From Candidatus Latescibacterota bacterium (GTDB lineage Bacteria > Latescibacterota > UBA2968 > UBA8231): a stretch of 64,000 nt of DNA. The notes under the pieces were generated by a model. That model was given only the letters and a program-made list of their open reading frames with translations, did no database searches and had not been told where the DNA came from. Position numbers and translations under genes: made by a program. Of the stretch, positions 30,206 to 39,390 are shown in pieces. The first letter of the stretch is position 1, and the number at the start of each line of letters is the position of its first letter. The stretch lies in the NCBI GenBank assembly GCA_965197905.1, contig CBDAOB010000003.1:96001-160000 (forward strand), written 5' to 3'.

Positions 30206-31768
30206 CTAAATCTTGTAGGCAAAAACCTTGGCGCGAAACATTCGGATGCGGATTGTCAAGGTCTCTCCGACCGCTGAAATATCGCTCTTGCCATTCCAGG
30301 TCACGAGCCTGTCACCCTCGTCGCCGTAGATCCAGTCGCAATCCTCGAACGTCAATCCGGGAGTTCCTTCGCCGTCGGGATACTTGCGGGATGGCACCTT
30401 GTTGCGCAACTCCACCTTTATCCAGCCGCCGTTGTCGCAGCGGTAATTAAGGCGCAATTCGTGCTGTCGACGTTTTTGAGTCGGCACGGTGAAACGACCT
30501 TCGTTCTCGGCTTCGATGCCGCACAGACGATGGGGTTCCCACCGCGCCCAATGTATCTGTTCGCCATCCCAGGGCATCGGCGTACCCGGATGAAAGCCGT
30601 TATGGAGGCTGGTACCTCCGATGAGAGATACCGCCCAACGGCCGTCCGGCAGCTCCACCGGTCCACCTTGCGCATAGACGGCGCCGTTGATTCCGCTACC
30701 TGGGGGTCCCACGCGGATGCTAGGACTCCGTTGCGGCCGGTTCCAGATGAGACCGTCGCGACTGAAGGCGATCTGGTTGTCCACGTGACCGCTGATCTGG
30801 TCGAAGACGTGGACGAGCATGCAGTGCACGTTTTTGCGCCCGGGGTACGGGAAGTAGTGGCCACCGTAGAAAGAGATCTGCGGTCCGTCGTGAGCATCCG
30901 GGTAAAGCACCAGCTTGGGTGGCGGCCAGTTGCGAAAATCTCGGGTGCGGGTGAAACCGATACACCGTCGCGTGTAATCTTGTTCAGGGGTGCTTTGCGC
31001 CAACCTCTTGATCTCTTCATGTGCCAGGCCGTGCAAACGGATGTAAGCGAAATAGGTTTTCGTTTCCGGCTCGAAATTTGGATTGCCGGCGGTCCCGTCC
31101 GAGGGCATGTCGGCCACCGGTTTTTCGATCTGCGTCCAGTGCATGAGGTCGGGGGAGATGAAACCGCGCACGAAGGCGCGCATGACCATAGGCGGTCCCT
31201 GGTAGCTGTCCCCGGCGTATTCCATTTCGCCCATGCGCTTCAGGCCCTCTTCAACAGAAAGCTCTTCGCCGGTGTCGGAGTCGAACATGCCGGCGACTTC
31301 AACCCAGGACTTGAAGCGCTCCTCGGGAGGTGCCTGGGGATCCTCTACTACGGGGCCGACGCATTGATCGCACACCAGGTTGTTGGCGGTCGAACCGTTG
31401 AATTCGATCCGGCCGATCTCCGGTCGCGTCCACTGGTAGCCATCCTTGCTGTAGCGGTACGAGGTGCCGCCCTTGGCGCGATATAGCATGTTGTACTGGC
31501 CGTCTCCCTGCCAAACGTAGAGTGGCAACAAATGTCCTTCCCAATCGGCATCATCCCTGAAGAGCACCTCGGACACATCTGCCTCTTCCACGGTCAGCCG
31601 GATACCGGAAGGCGAGTCGAACAGGCCGAACTGGCCGTGCCGATCCTTCCAACGGTTGCCGGGGTAGACGTCGAACCAGTCGAAGAAAGGTTGCCACTCC
31701 CCCGAATTTTCTCGGGCTTCAAAGCCAAATGGTGCGCCCGGTAGTCGTGCGTTTCCTGTTTCAGCCAT
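30206..31768 (-). CDS. Five-bladed beta-propeller glycosidase-like protein
   Basis: Asp-box-like SKDGYQW, SPDLMHW, SRDGLIW; C-terminal beta-sandwich; start ATG 31768 after GGAAGG. Confidence 0.65.
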   Translation of the reverse strand: MAETGNARLPGAPFGFEARENSGEWQPFFDWFDVYPGNRWKDRHGQFGLFDSPSGIRLTVEEADVSEVLFRDDADWEGHLLPLYVWQGDGQYNMLYRAKGGTSYRYSKDGYQWTRPEIGRIEFNGSTANNLVCDQCVGPVVEDPQAPPEERFKSWVEVAGMFDSDTGEELSVEEGLKRMGEMEYAGDSYQGPPMVMRAFVRGFISPDLMHWTQIEKPVADMPSDGTAGNPNFEPETKTYFAYIRLHGLAHEEIKRLAQSTPEQDYTRRCIGFTRTRDFRNWPPPKLVLYPDAHDGPQISFYGGHYFPYPGRKNVHCMLVHVFDQISGHVDNQIAFSRDGLIWNRPQRSPSIRVGPPGSGINGAVYAQGGPVELPDGRWAVSLIGGTSLHNGFHPGTPMPWDGEQIHWARWEPHRLCGIEAENEGRFTVPTQKRRQHELRLNYRCDNGGWIKVELRNKVPSRKYPDGEGTPGLTFEDCDWIYGDEGDRLVTWNGKSDISAVGETLTIRIRMFRAKVFAYKI

Positions 31769-31812
31769 AGTGTACCTTCCCGGTGAGGTTTCCTCAGGGT
31801 CGGACGCGGAGG

Positions 31813-33411
31813 TCATTCGGCGCGCACATTCAGCAGCACGCAATCGAGTGCCATCGGTGCCCTTGCAGAGTCAGCCCGCGTGTTCAAGCTGACTTCGAGC
31901 CTGTTTTCACCCTTGACGACCCGCTCGGGCTGCACTTCGCACTCCAGCCAGTGCGCGGCGGGCGCCGCGTCTAGAGTCTTCTGCGGTAGTAGACCATTCA
32001 ATGCTACATCGTTGAATTTCACCGATATCTCATCGCTCGCAGTGAGCTCCCAGAAGTGCAGGCGAAAGCGAAAGGGGCCCTTCCTCGAGCTCAGATCTTC
32101 GCCGACCTGAAAGTGCGCATTGGCCATCTCTCCGGGCCGCAGCTCCAGTTCACGGAGGCTCTCAAAGCTGTTGGCGCCTAGGAAATCGTTGATGCCGAAG
32201 AGCTTGTCCTTGTTTGCCATCGTTTCGAGATCTCCGATCTCCATCCACACCTCATCGTTGACGAAGGCGCCGTTGAAGACGTAGATGCCGTCGGCGCCGG
32301 CAGCGAGCAAGTTGGTCGCGGCTCCGCGCCAGGCGGGCAGCATGCCTTCCCACCCATTCATCTCGGCCGTGAAGGACGAGCCGGTCTCCCTCAGGGATGC
32401 AGCCCATGATTTGTACTCCCTGTACTCGCCGTCCGAGAGGTCGAGGAACGCCCACGGATGCCAGAACCCCCAGCTGATGCAAGGATACACCGGCACATCA
32501 TGGCCGTGTCCGAGTTTGATAATATCTGCGAACGACTCGGTCATGTGCGACTCGACGTCGTCGCCGGGTATCAGCAGGTCCAGCAGATCCTCGCCCAGCC
32601 AGGTCTCCAGGTCCAGGCCGATGAAACGCGCATCAGCTACGTTGAACGGCGTGCGCGCCGCCACCAGCAGCGGCCGCCCTCGCTCCTGGCCGACTTCGTC
32701 GGCTAGCTTCCGCACTCGCCGCACCAGGGCCGTCATCATCTCCAGGTGCTCCGCCTCGACCGGAAGCATGTCTTGGGTCGGACGAAAAAAGGGATAGTGG
32801 CGGAAGAAGTCCATCTCTATCCCGTCGACGTCGTAGTTGCGCGCCACCTCGTCTATATTGGCGAAGACGTGGTCGCGAACCTCGGGAAAGCTGAAATCGA
32901 GTCCCGACCAGGCTTTCTTATTACCGTCCGTTTCCCAATCCGCCGGCTCGCCCATGAGAAATTCCGGGTGGTCGCGTTTGAAGGGCGCCAGACCATAGGT
33001 CCAGTAGGCCGACCCGTCAGGATGGGAGTCGTGTGTGTCGTTCATACGCAACGACCAGAAGGCTTCCAGCTCGTTCTCGTGACAGAAATCCGTTTGGATC
33101 TGCAGACTGTCGCGTCCATAGGTTTCGACCAGCGTCAGGGGAATCCCCTCACCGTGGAACCCACCTAGCTTGGTATGGTGGGAGAAGCGCACACCGGCCA
33201 TACAGCTGGAGTACCAGCTGCTATCCACCTGCGTCCCGAGCAGCGTCCGGGCGCGGGCGTCGAGAAAGTTGTCGATCAGCTCGCCGCTGTCGCGCCTCAA
33301 CAGGCCTTGAGCGGCCCCCTCCGGCGTTTTTGCCTGGATTACGTCGTCGCCGTCGTTGTTGTAAATGATCCGCCGTCTGCGCCACCGCGCGTCTCGTCTG
33401 CTCTGGTTCAT
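31813..33411 (-). CDS. Glycoside hydrolase-like TIM barrel (GHL10/DUF187-like)
   Basis: RRIIYNNDG, SLRMNDTH, LDFSFPEVRD, YDVDGIEMDF, GADGIYVFN. Confidence 0.7.
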   Translation of the reverse strand: MNQSRRDARWRRRRIIYNNDGDDVIQAKTPEGAAQGLLRRDSGELIDNFLDARARTLLGTQVDSSWYSSCMAGVRFSHHTKLGGFHGEGIPLTLVETYGRDSLQIQTDFCHENELEAFWSLRMNDTHDSHPDGSAYWTYGLAPFKRDHPEFLMGEPADWETDGNKKAWSGLDFSFPEVRDHVFANIDEVARNYDVDGIEMDFFRHYPFFRPTQDMLPVEAEHLEMMTALVRRVRKLADEVGQERGRPLLVAARTPFNVADARFIGLDLETWLGEDLLDLLIPGDDVESHMTESFADIIKLGHGHDVPVYPCISWGFWHPWAFLDLSDGEYREYKSWAASLRETGSSFTAEMNGWEGMLPAWRGAATNLLAAGADGIYVFNGAFVNDEVWMEIGDLETMANKDKLFGINDFLGANSFESLRELELRPGEMANAHFQVGEDLSSRKGPFRFRLHFWELTASDEISVKFNDVALNGLLPQKTLDAAPAAHWLECEVQPERVVKGENRLEVSLNTRADSARAPMALDCVLLNVRAE

Positions 33412-33469
33412 CGATTTCTGCCTCTGCTGGTTGATGTCCTTGCGACTTGCTAACTGGCGACACTCTCAC

Positions 33470-33836
33470 CCGGTAATCCCCATATTAGAGCACCCCATCC
33501 TCTCATTCGAACCAGTAGGAGTCGTAGTGCAGGGAAAATATGAAGGGGTGGGAACTGAGGCGAACACAGAGAGGACGGGGTGTTCCGTTAGGTGTGGAAA
33601 GCTGGAGGAATCGCTTCACCTCTTCCAAGGTCAAGGGCTCCTAGATCGGCGCGAAGGTGGTCAGACACAATAGATATACCACGTTTCAGATGGCCGCGGT
33701 GGCGATAGACCAGACGCTATCTGCCGAGATCGTGTCTCGAATCAAGCGTTTGCGTAATTATCTACTTTAGAACTTCACTTTCTAAAGTAAGGCAATGGAC
33801 ACCTGTCTCAACTGATTTTGATATGGGGAATACCCG
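33470..33836 (+). mobile_element. Internally deleted IS1380-family element
   Basis: TIRs CCGGTAATCCCCATAT / ATATGGGGAATACCCG (14/16); 33645-33770 encodes IGAKVVRHNRYTTFQMAAVAIDQTLSAEIVSRIKRLR, a typical IS1380 transposase tail. Confidence 0.75.
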
Positions 33837-33855
33837 TTAAATTGCAAGAGGACCA

Positions 33856-34593
33856 ATGATGACGACTTACACGGCAGTGCTCTTCGATGCGGGGGGCACC
33901 CTATGGTACGCCAGGAAAACGGTTGTGGAAGTGTGGCATGAGGTGCTGGCTGCCCAGGGCATGGAAGTATCCATAGAGCAGATCAATGATGCTTGGCAGA
34001 CGATGCAACCAATGCGGCAAGGTCAAGGAGATGCCTTTGAGACCTCAAGTACACTCACGAGCTTGGCTGGGGTTCAAGAGTATCTGGACGGATTCAATAG
34101 GAAGTTCCTGGGTGAGCTGAAGATTATAGATGAGGACGCCACCCTGGTAGGTCGGGTTCACAGCGGATTTGAGAATAACCGGGTCTTGTATCCTGAGACA
34201 GCTGACGTGCTTAGGAAGTTACAGGGCATGGGATACCACATGGCTATCGTCTCCAACGGCTATGAGCAGGAACAGACCGCTGCAAACCTAGGCATCGCCT
34301 CGTACTTTGATACCATCATCGGCTCGTTCTACGTGGGTTTCAGGAAGCCCATGCCGGAGATATACCACATGGCTCTCGATAGGCTGAGCATTGGCCCGGA
34401 GCAGGCCATCATGGTGGGCGACCACTGGGGAGCCGATGTTGAGGGGCCGGAAAGGGTGGGAATCAAAGGCGTTCATCTTCACCAAAGCCGTCTTGGCGTT
34501 CATCTCGACCGTGGCTACCCGACTCCCGGCCCAGAGGCCATTAAAGACCTCTGGGGCATCGTCCAAATTCTCCGACAGCATGATTCTGAGTAG
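33856..34593 (+). CDS. HAD-superfamily hydrolase
   Basis: FDAGGTL, IVSN, RKP, VGDHWGADV. Confidence 0.9.
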   Translation: MMTTYTAVLFDAGGTLWYARKTVVEVWHEVLAAQGMEVSIEQINDAWQTMQPMRQGQGDAFETSSTLTSLAGVQEYLDGFNRKFLGELKIIDEDATLVGRVHSGFENNRVLYPETADVLRKLQGMGYHMAIVSNGYEQEQTAANLGIASYFDTIIGSFYVGFRKPMPEIYHMALDRLSIGPEQAIMVGDHWGADVEGPERVGIKGVHLHQSRLGVHLDRGYPTPGPEAIKDLWGIVQILRQHDSE

Positions 34594-34654
34594 AAGCGTC
34601 TGGGCCCACAGGCTATTATGGCCTAGCGTAATTGGGGAGCCTCACAGCCACTGA

Positions 34655-34771
34655 GTTATCACAGCGGACCCCATAGATGAGGAGGGATAAGTCCACGTGT
34701 CCCACAGGCCAGGCCTGGGGCTGGATATAGTCCTTGACTAGATCAAGGACTACCTTGTGAAGAGCGGTTAG
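34655..34771 (+). pseudogene. Decayed C-terminal remnant of an enolase-superfamily gene
   Basis: DPIDEEG*VHVSHRPGLGLDIVLD*IKDYLV resembles DAIDERGHVPIPNGPGLGVDIDWDWLK of 12075-13235. Confidence 0.65.
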
Positions 34772-34972
34772 CCCCCGTCGTGTGTACATTGTCAGCGCAT
34801 GCGGCACAGACGGGGGAGCTTGGAGAATGAACAGTTTGGCAGGGAGTAGAGTCAAGAGAAGAAAAAGGGACCGGGATCCACGCAATTTGATCCGGCAAAT
34901 ATCGTCGCGAGGAACTCCAAACTCATGCTGAACCTTGGGATGTCATGAGCATCTAAATGCTGGAGGAGTACG

Positions 34973-35884
34973 ATGGAAATTAACTCAGCACCTGACTCAC
35001 CAGCCCGATGGACGTCACAAGAGGTCCAGGAACGGCTGGGTATCTCAACCCATGCCTTCAAAACCCGGCCCATCGGAGCCCGGGAGATCGCCGCTGTCCG
35101 AGAAGCGGGAATCACTCGGATTGAGATTGATGGACTTTCCGGCACCAATACCCCAACCCCAGCCTTTGACTTCCACAACCGCTCCCAGGCATCGGAGATC
35201 CTGGCAGAATGTCAGAAACAGGGCGTTTCAATTGTCTCGGTTCACGCCGCCGGGGGACAGTCTCCTGGGCATGGGCCGGGTTGTCCCATCTATGATTCAA
35301 AGGACGAAGGGGAAAGGAAGGCAGCGGTAGGGCAAGCCGTCCTATATGCAAAAGTGGCGGAGGAGCTGGGAGCTTCTGTCCTCGTGGGACATTTCTTTGG
35401 AGTCGCCGAGCAGTGTGAGAAAACTGTGAATGAGATACTTGAGCAATTGCACAACTCGTCTGTCAAACTTACCGTAGAGAATGGACTTGGCGATCTCCGC
35501 GACTTCATGGCAATTGTGGACAGGATCGGTTCCGACCGCTTCGGAATGGTTGTTGACACTGGGCATGCAAGGGACAGTGATGGTGTCAACCCCTTCACCA
35601 AGAAGGAGAATGCCCGCGAGACGATGGCGCAATGCGGCGAGCGTCTCTTCCATCTCCATTTGAATGACTTCACAAACGGAGACCATATAGCACCGTTCGA
35701 TGGCAACGTCCAGTGGGGAGAGGCTTTCGCTGCCCTCAAGGATATCGGCTATGAGGGTACGTTCATGTTCGAGCCGGGCCCTTTCCGGAAAAAATACATA
35801 AACGGAGACGTTCCTCCAGAGGAGCTGTTGCGCAAGGTCGCTTTGTTTCCCAAGACCTATGCCGAGCGTTACGGGACCGGATGA
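34973..35884 (+). CDS. Sugar phosphate isomerase/epimerase family TIM barrel
   Basis: TVEN, VDTGH, LHLND, DHIAPFDG, FMFE. Confidence 0.88.
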   Translation: MEINSAPDSPARWTSQEVQERLGISTHAFKTRPIGAREIAAVREAGITRIEIDGLSGTNTPTPAFDFHNRSQASEILAECQKQGVSIVSVHAAGGQSPGHGPGCPIYDSKDEGERKAAVGQAVLYAKVAEELGASVLVGHFFGVAEQCEKTVNEILEQLHNSSVKLTVENGLGDLRDFMAIVDRIGSDRFGMVVDTGHARDSDGVNPFTKKENARETMAQCGERLFHLHLNDFTNGDHIAPFDGNVQWGEAFAALKDIGYEGTFMFEPGPFRKKYINGDVPPEELLRKVALFPKTYAERYGTG

Positions 35885-35932
35885 CAAGAGCAATTAGTCT
35901 CGGGTTGGTCACGTTGGTTTCCATGGATGCCC

Positions 35933-36727
35933 CTATCCGACAAGGGCGTCGCGGAGGGAATCGATCTCAGCCTGGCTCACGCCGCAGTGTTGCGCATAAC
36001 CCTCGACGCCGCCGTGGCGCTCGTCCAGGTCCCGGAGCACGGCGAGCATCACGGCGGGATTGCAGGTATCACGCTGGTGGTCCTGCCATTTGTAGTTGGC
36101 GGGATCGATCTCCGGATTGGCCTCGAGGTAGCGAGGCAGGTCGCAACGAGCGGTGAGGGCGTAATCCTGCGCGATGGTCTCGGCAGGTACTCTAGCGATC
36201 CCGAGTACGAGGGCGGTGATGAGACCTGTCCTGTCGGCGCCGCCGGCGCAGTGGATCAGCGCGGGAAGCGTGTCGGGGGCAGCCAGCGTGCGCAGGGTGT
36301 CGCACACTGCAAACGCTCGCTTGTCGAGCACGACCGAGTATCCCCAGCGCTTCCTTTCGACGTATTCAAGCCCTTGAGGAAGGTCCTCCCATTCGGGGTA
36401 ACCGTTCCCGGGCTTTGAACTTATCCATTCGCGCGGCATCATATCCCCGACCAGGTTCTGATGGTAGTAGGTCACCTTGTCCGAACCGAAGAAGACGTTG
36501 GGTGTGTCCTGTATCTGCACGCTCTTTCTCAGGTCGATGATGCTCCGGACGCCGTAATCCAGGAGATCCTGCTGGTCTTTGGCCGACAGTTGATGCAGAG
36601 AATCGGAGCGCAGGAATTGTCCCCAGCGCGTCTGCCGCCCGTCCGAGGTGGCGTATCCACCGATATCCCTCGTGTTGAAGGTGCCTTCTAGCTTCAGATG
36701 CCGTTTCGGGTCCAGTTCGGCGGTCAT
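35933..36727 (-). CDS. Tyrosine-protein phosphatase (IphP/PtpB-like)
   Basis: NTRDIGGY, IIDLR, HCAGGADRTG (CX5R). Confidence 0.9.
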   Translation of the reverse strand: MTAELDPKRHLKLEGTFNTRDIGGYATSDGRQTRWGQFLRSDSLHQLSAKDQQDLLDYGVRSIIDLRKSVQIQDTPNVFFGSDKVTYYHQNLVGDMMPREWISSKPGNGYPEWEDLPQGLEYVERKRWGYSVVLDKRAFAVCDTLRTLAAPDTLPALIHCAGGADRTGLITALVLGIARVPAETIAQDYALTARCDLPRYLEANPEIDPANYKWQDHQRDTCNPAVMLAVLRDLDERHGGVEGYAQHCGVSQAEIDSLRDALVG

Positions 36728-36779
36728 ATCACAATCCTCCCCCTCGTGAGTGTCCAGCAATATGGCGATATCGGGTGTT

Positions 36780-36950
36780 TCCCTCAGAAACCACTCGAAG
36801 TATTTCGGCTACGACCTGGTAACGATCGTCGGGTTCAACAAAGACAAGGTGAGCTTCGAGAATATTTCCCAGAAAAATCGAGACACCGACCTGTGGACCT
36901 TCTTTGTGCGAACCGTGGTCGGTTTCACCGCTTTTGGGCGCCCGCTCTGA
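36780..36950 (+). pseudogene. C-terminal remnant of a paralog of the 963-aa protein (39391-42282)
   Basis: SKYFGYDLVTIVGFN..TFFVRTVVGFTAFGRPL* vs SRYFGYDLVTIVGFN..TFFVRMLVGFTEFGRPI*. Confidence 0.85.
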
Positions 36951-37005
36951 GTTGTCGTTAATCCGGTGGCAGACGACCGACACCCCTTCCTCGCAGGGCA
37001 AAGAA

Positions 37006-37035
37006 ACAGGGGCAGATCGCGCGATCTGCCCCTGT
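37006..37035 (-). terminator. Intrinsic terminator
   Basis: Perfect palindrome ACAGGGGCAGATCGC/GCGATCTGCCCCTGT followed by TTCTTT on the minus strand, 30 bp after the stop of 37066-39018. Confidence 0.75.
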
Positions 37036-37065
37036 ACCTCAACTATACCGAACGTAAAGCCGTGT

Positions 37066-39018
37066 TTACTTCAGCAGTGTCATCGAATGCGTGGCGGAGA
37101 AATCGCCAGCCTGCATGCGGTAGAAGTAAACCCCGCTCGATACCGGGTGACCCACCTGATCCCGGGCATCCCAAGTCGCCTTGTACGCACCTGCCCTGAA
37201 CTGGTTGTCGACCAGGCTCTTGACCAGCTGACCAGCTGCGTTGTAAACGTTGATCGAAACCTGGCCATCAACTGGCACGGCAAAGTCGATGGTGGTCTCG
37301 GGATTGAAGGGGTTGGGATAAGCCTCGCTCAGCGCATAGCTGTCGGGCGTACCCGCGCTGGCGTCGGCTTCCACCGCGGTTACACCTGCACCCAGGCGAC
37401 CCACAGCCAGGTCGAACGGAACGTGAAACACCATGTCGAAACCGTAGATCTCGGTGTTTTCACGCGACGGAGCCGGACCGTTGGCCTCCAGTTCCCAGCT
37501 GCCGTTCAGGTAGATGCCGTCGAACGGGCCGTCGCGCCGATCCGGACCGATCCAATGGCCGTTCACCCGGCCCTGATTCTCGTCGACCCAGGAGATATGG
37601 CGGCCGCTTCTGGGCTTGAACGGGCCCATCTTGGTGTGATCCATCCACACCCGCAAGACACCCGTGCCGTCACGACCCAGTGCCGAAAACTGGTTGCCGA
37701 TCTGATTGGCGAGCGGGCTGTACATGGCAATGTGTCCCGTCCGGTCGTTGGTTACACGGACGGACAGCTGTCTCGATCCCTCCAAGGCCGCGCCTGTAAG
37801 GCCCAGATTGGCAGCGCGTTCGGCGGGAAACTGGTCGGAGTAGAGATCGCCAGGACCATTGAACCAGATGAGATTGCCATCCCAGTCCAGCTTGATGATC
37901 GACGTCGACCGCCAGCCGCAAAGCCACAGACCCGTGTCATCGGCGGAAACAGAAGACGGTCCGCCACCACTGAAGGTCTGGTTGCCGTTGTCATCGACGC
38001 GCCAGCGCAGGAAGAACTCGCGGACGTCGTAGGTCCTGAGGTACTCACCGGAGTTCTTGTCCCAGACATTCAGGGAACTGGCAGGCGGATCGGACTGAGA
38101 CCAGTTGGGCGCGATGATCTCGTCGTTGTAGACCAGTATCTGCATGGCGTTCTCGGTGGTCGGTCCGGGCACGTCGGCGAAACCGTTGGCGCCAAAATCC
38201 GTCACCCGCTCCAGGCTCTTGGCCGCCGCATTCTTCCGCGCCTTGAAGATGCCGCTGAACTCATTGTCCCAGTTCGAGTTGACCAGGTAGATGATATTGG
38301 GATCATCGGGATCGGGCTTCGGGCCACCGCGGCTGCCCGATTCCTCCACGACCTCCCAAACAGCGCTGGCATCCCAAGTATCCCAGGCGTTGGGATTAGC
38401 AATGTAGTCGGTGCCCAGATGGAAGACGTGCACATTCTGCGGACCGTCGCCGTTGTTGGAGTTGTAACGGCCCACCCGATGCGTCCACACCGTCCGGTCG
38501 CGCATGTCGATTTCGTTGTCATCGAAATCGCTGTTGCTACCGAACATCAACGTCGCGGGATCGAGCAGGTTGAAGGCGATGACGTCGAACGAATAACTGC
38601 CAGGTCCGGCCGGATTGCCTTCCCAGTCATTGCCATCCCACCGAACGGTACTGTTGCCGGCTTCGAAATCAGCTTCGGGAGTTACCGCAATGAACTTGTC
38701 CTGGGGTATGAGGCGCTGCACGGCGCCGTTGGGGCCGGAAGGACCGGTCTCATTGCTGCCCACTTCATAAATCGCGACCCAGACGCGGGCGCGCTGGTTC
38801 ATATTGAAGCTGATGCTCACGGGACCACTGCCGTTCCAGGATACGTCGTTGGTTGTGAGGCGTAACGGATTCGGGTCGCCGGAGCGATCCGGTACGCGAG
38901 CCTCACTGTCGAAATTCTCGCCTACCGGAGCCGCGCCCGGAAAGGTCTCCGCGCCAACGGCGCCGATGATGAGCATGATCACTGCCAAGCTCACCAAGGC
39001 GTTGCAAGTCTTTTTCAT
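37066..39018 (-). CDS. Secreted protein with N- and C-terminal FlgD-Ig-like domains (C-terminal one T9SS-sorting-like)
   Basis: Signal peptide; VRWDGNDWEGNPAGPGSY; YPNPFNPETTIDF...WDARDQVGHPVSSGVYFYRM..MTLLK. Confidence 0.8.
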   Translation of the reverse strand: MKKTCNALVSLAVIMLIIGAVGAETFPGAAPVGENFDSEARVPDRSGDPNPLRLTTNDVSWNGSGPVSISFNMNQRARVWVAIYEVGSNETGPSGPNGAVQRLIPQDKFIAVTPEADFEAGNSTVRWDGNDWEGNPAGPGSYSFDVIAFNLLDPATLMFGSNSDFDDNEIDMRDRTVWTHRVGRYNSNNGDGPQNVHVFHLGTDYIANPNAWDTWDASAVWEVVEESGSRGGPKPDPDDPNIIYLVNSNWDNEFSGIFKARKNAAAKSLERVTDFGANGFADVPGPTTENAMQILVYNDEIIAPNWSQSDPPASSLNVWDKNSGEYLRTYDVREFFLRWRVDDNGNQTFSGGGPSSVSADDTGLWLCGWRSTSIIKLDWDGNLIWFNGPGDLYSDQFPAERAANLGLTGAALEGSRQLSVRVTNDRTGHIAMYSPLANQIGNQFSALGRDGTGVLRVWMDHTKMGPFKPRSGRHISWVDENQGRVNGHWIGPDRRDGPFDGIYLNGSWELEANGPAPSRENTEIYGFDMVFHVPFDLAVGRLGAGVTAVEADASAGTPDSYALSEAYPNPFNPETTIDFAVPVDGQVSINVYNAAGQLVKSLVDNQFRAGAYKATWDARDQVGHPVSSGVYFYRMQAGDFSATHSMTLLK

Positions 39019-39259
39019 GGTCGTCTATTCCCTTCCTAAGTGGCTGCTACAAATGGCTACTCGAGGCGCCGGCCTGCGGCCTGCGGACCTCAGTAGTCCT
39101 AACAAAAATGACATGCCAGGGCTTTCTTCTTCCACCCCCTTCCTTCCGGCGTTGCGATTTGTATGACGGCGGGATGCTGTCCTCGATCACGTAAAGATAC
39201 ACCAAATTTGCGAGGTCTCAAGCTTTAAGGGAGGAATTTGGCACTAAATGATCTCCTGA

Positions 39260-39373
39260 CCGACGGACAACGCGGTAATTGAATCACTCAACGCCCACTG
39301 GTTCGAATCACTTGGGGATATTAACCCGTTCATCCGTACCTGGCGGCAGACATACAACGAGCACCATCCACAT
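39260..39373 (+). mobile_element. IS3-family transposase relic
   Basis: PTDNAVIES-LNAHWFESL..IRTWRQTYNEHHPH, integrase-core tail with the central helix missing. Confidence 0.7.
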
Positions 39374-39390
39374 ATAGAATGGTATTCAGC

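Noticed and set aside
36904..38865. 653-aa + strand ORF and other long antisense ORFs (e.g. 12937-14211, 46043-47233, 9003-9929)
   Set aside because: They are shadow frames of well-supported genes in GC-rich DNA, with no motifs or RBS.
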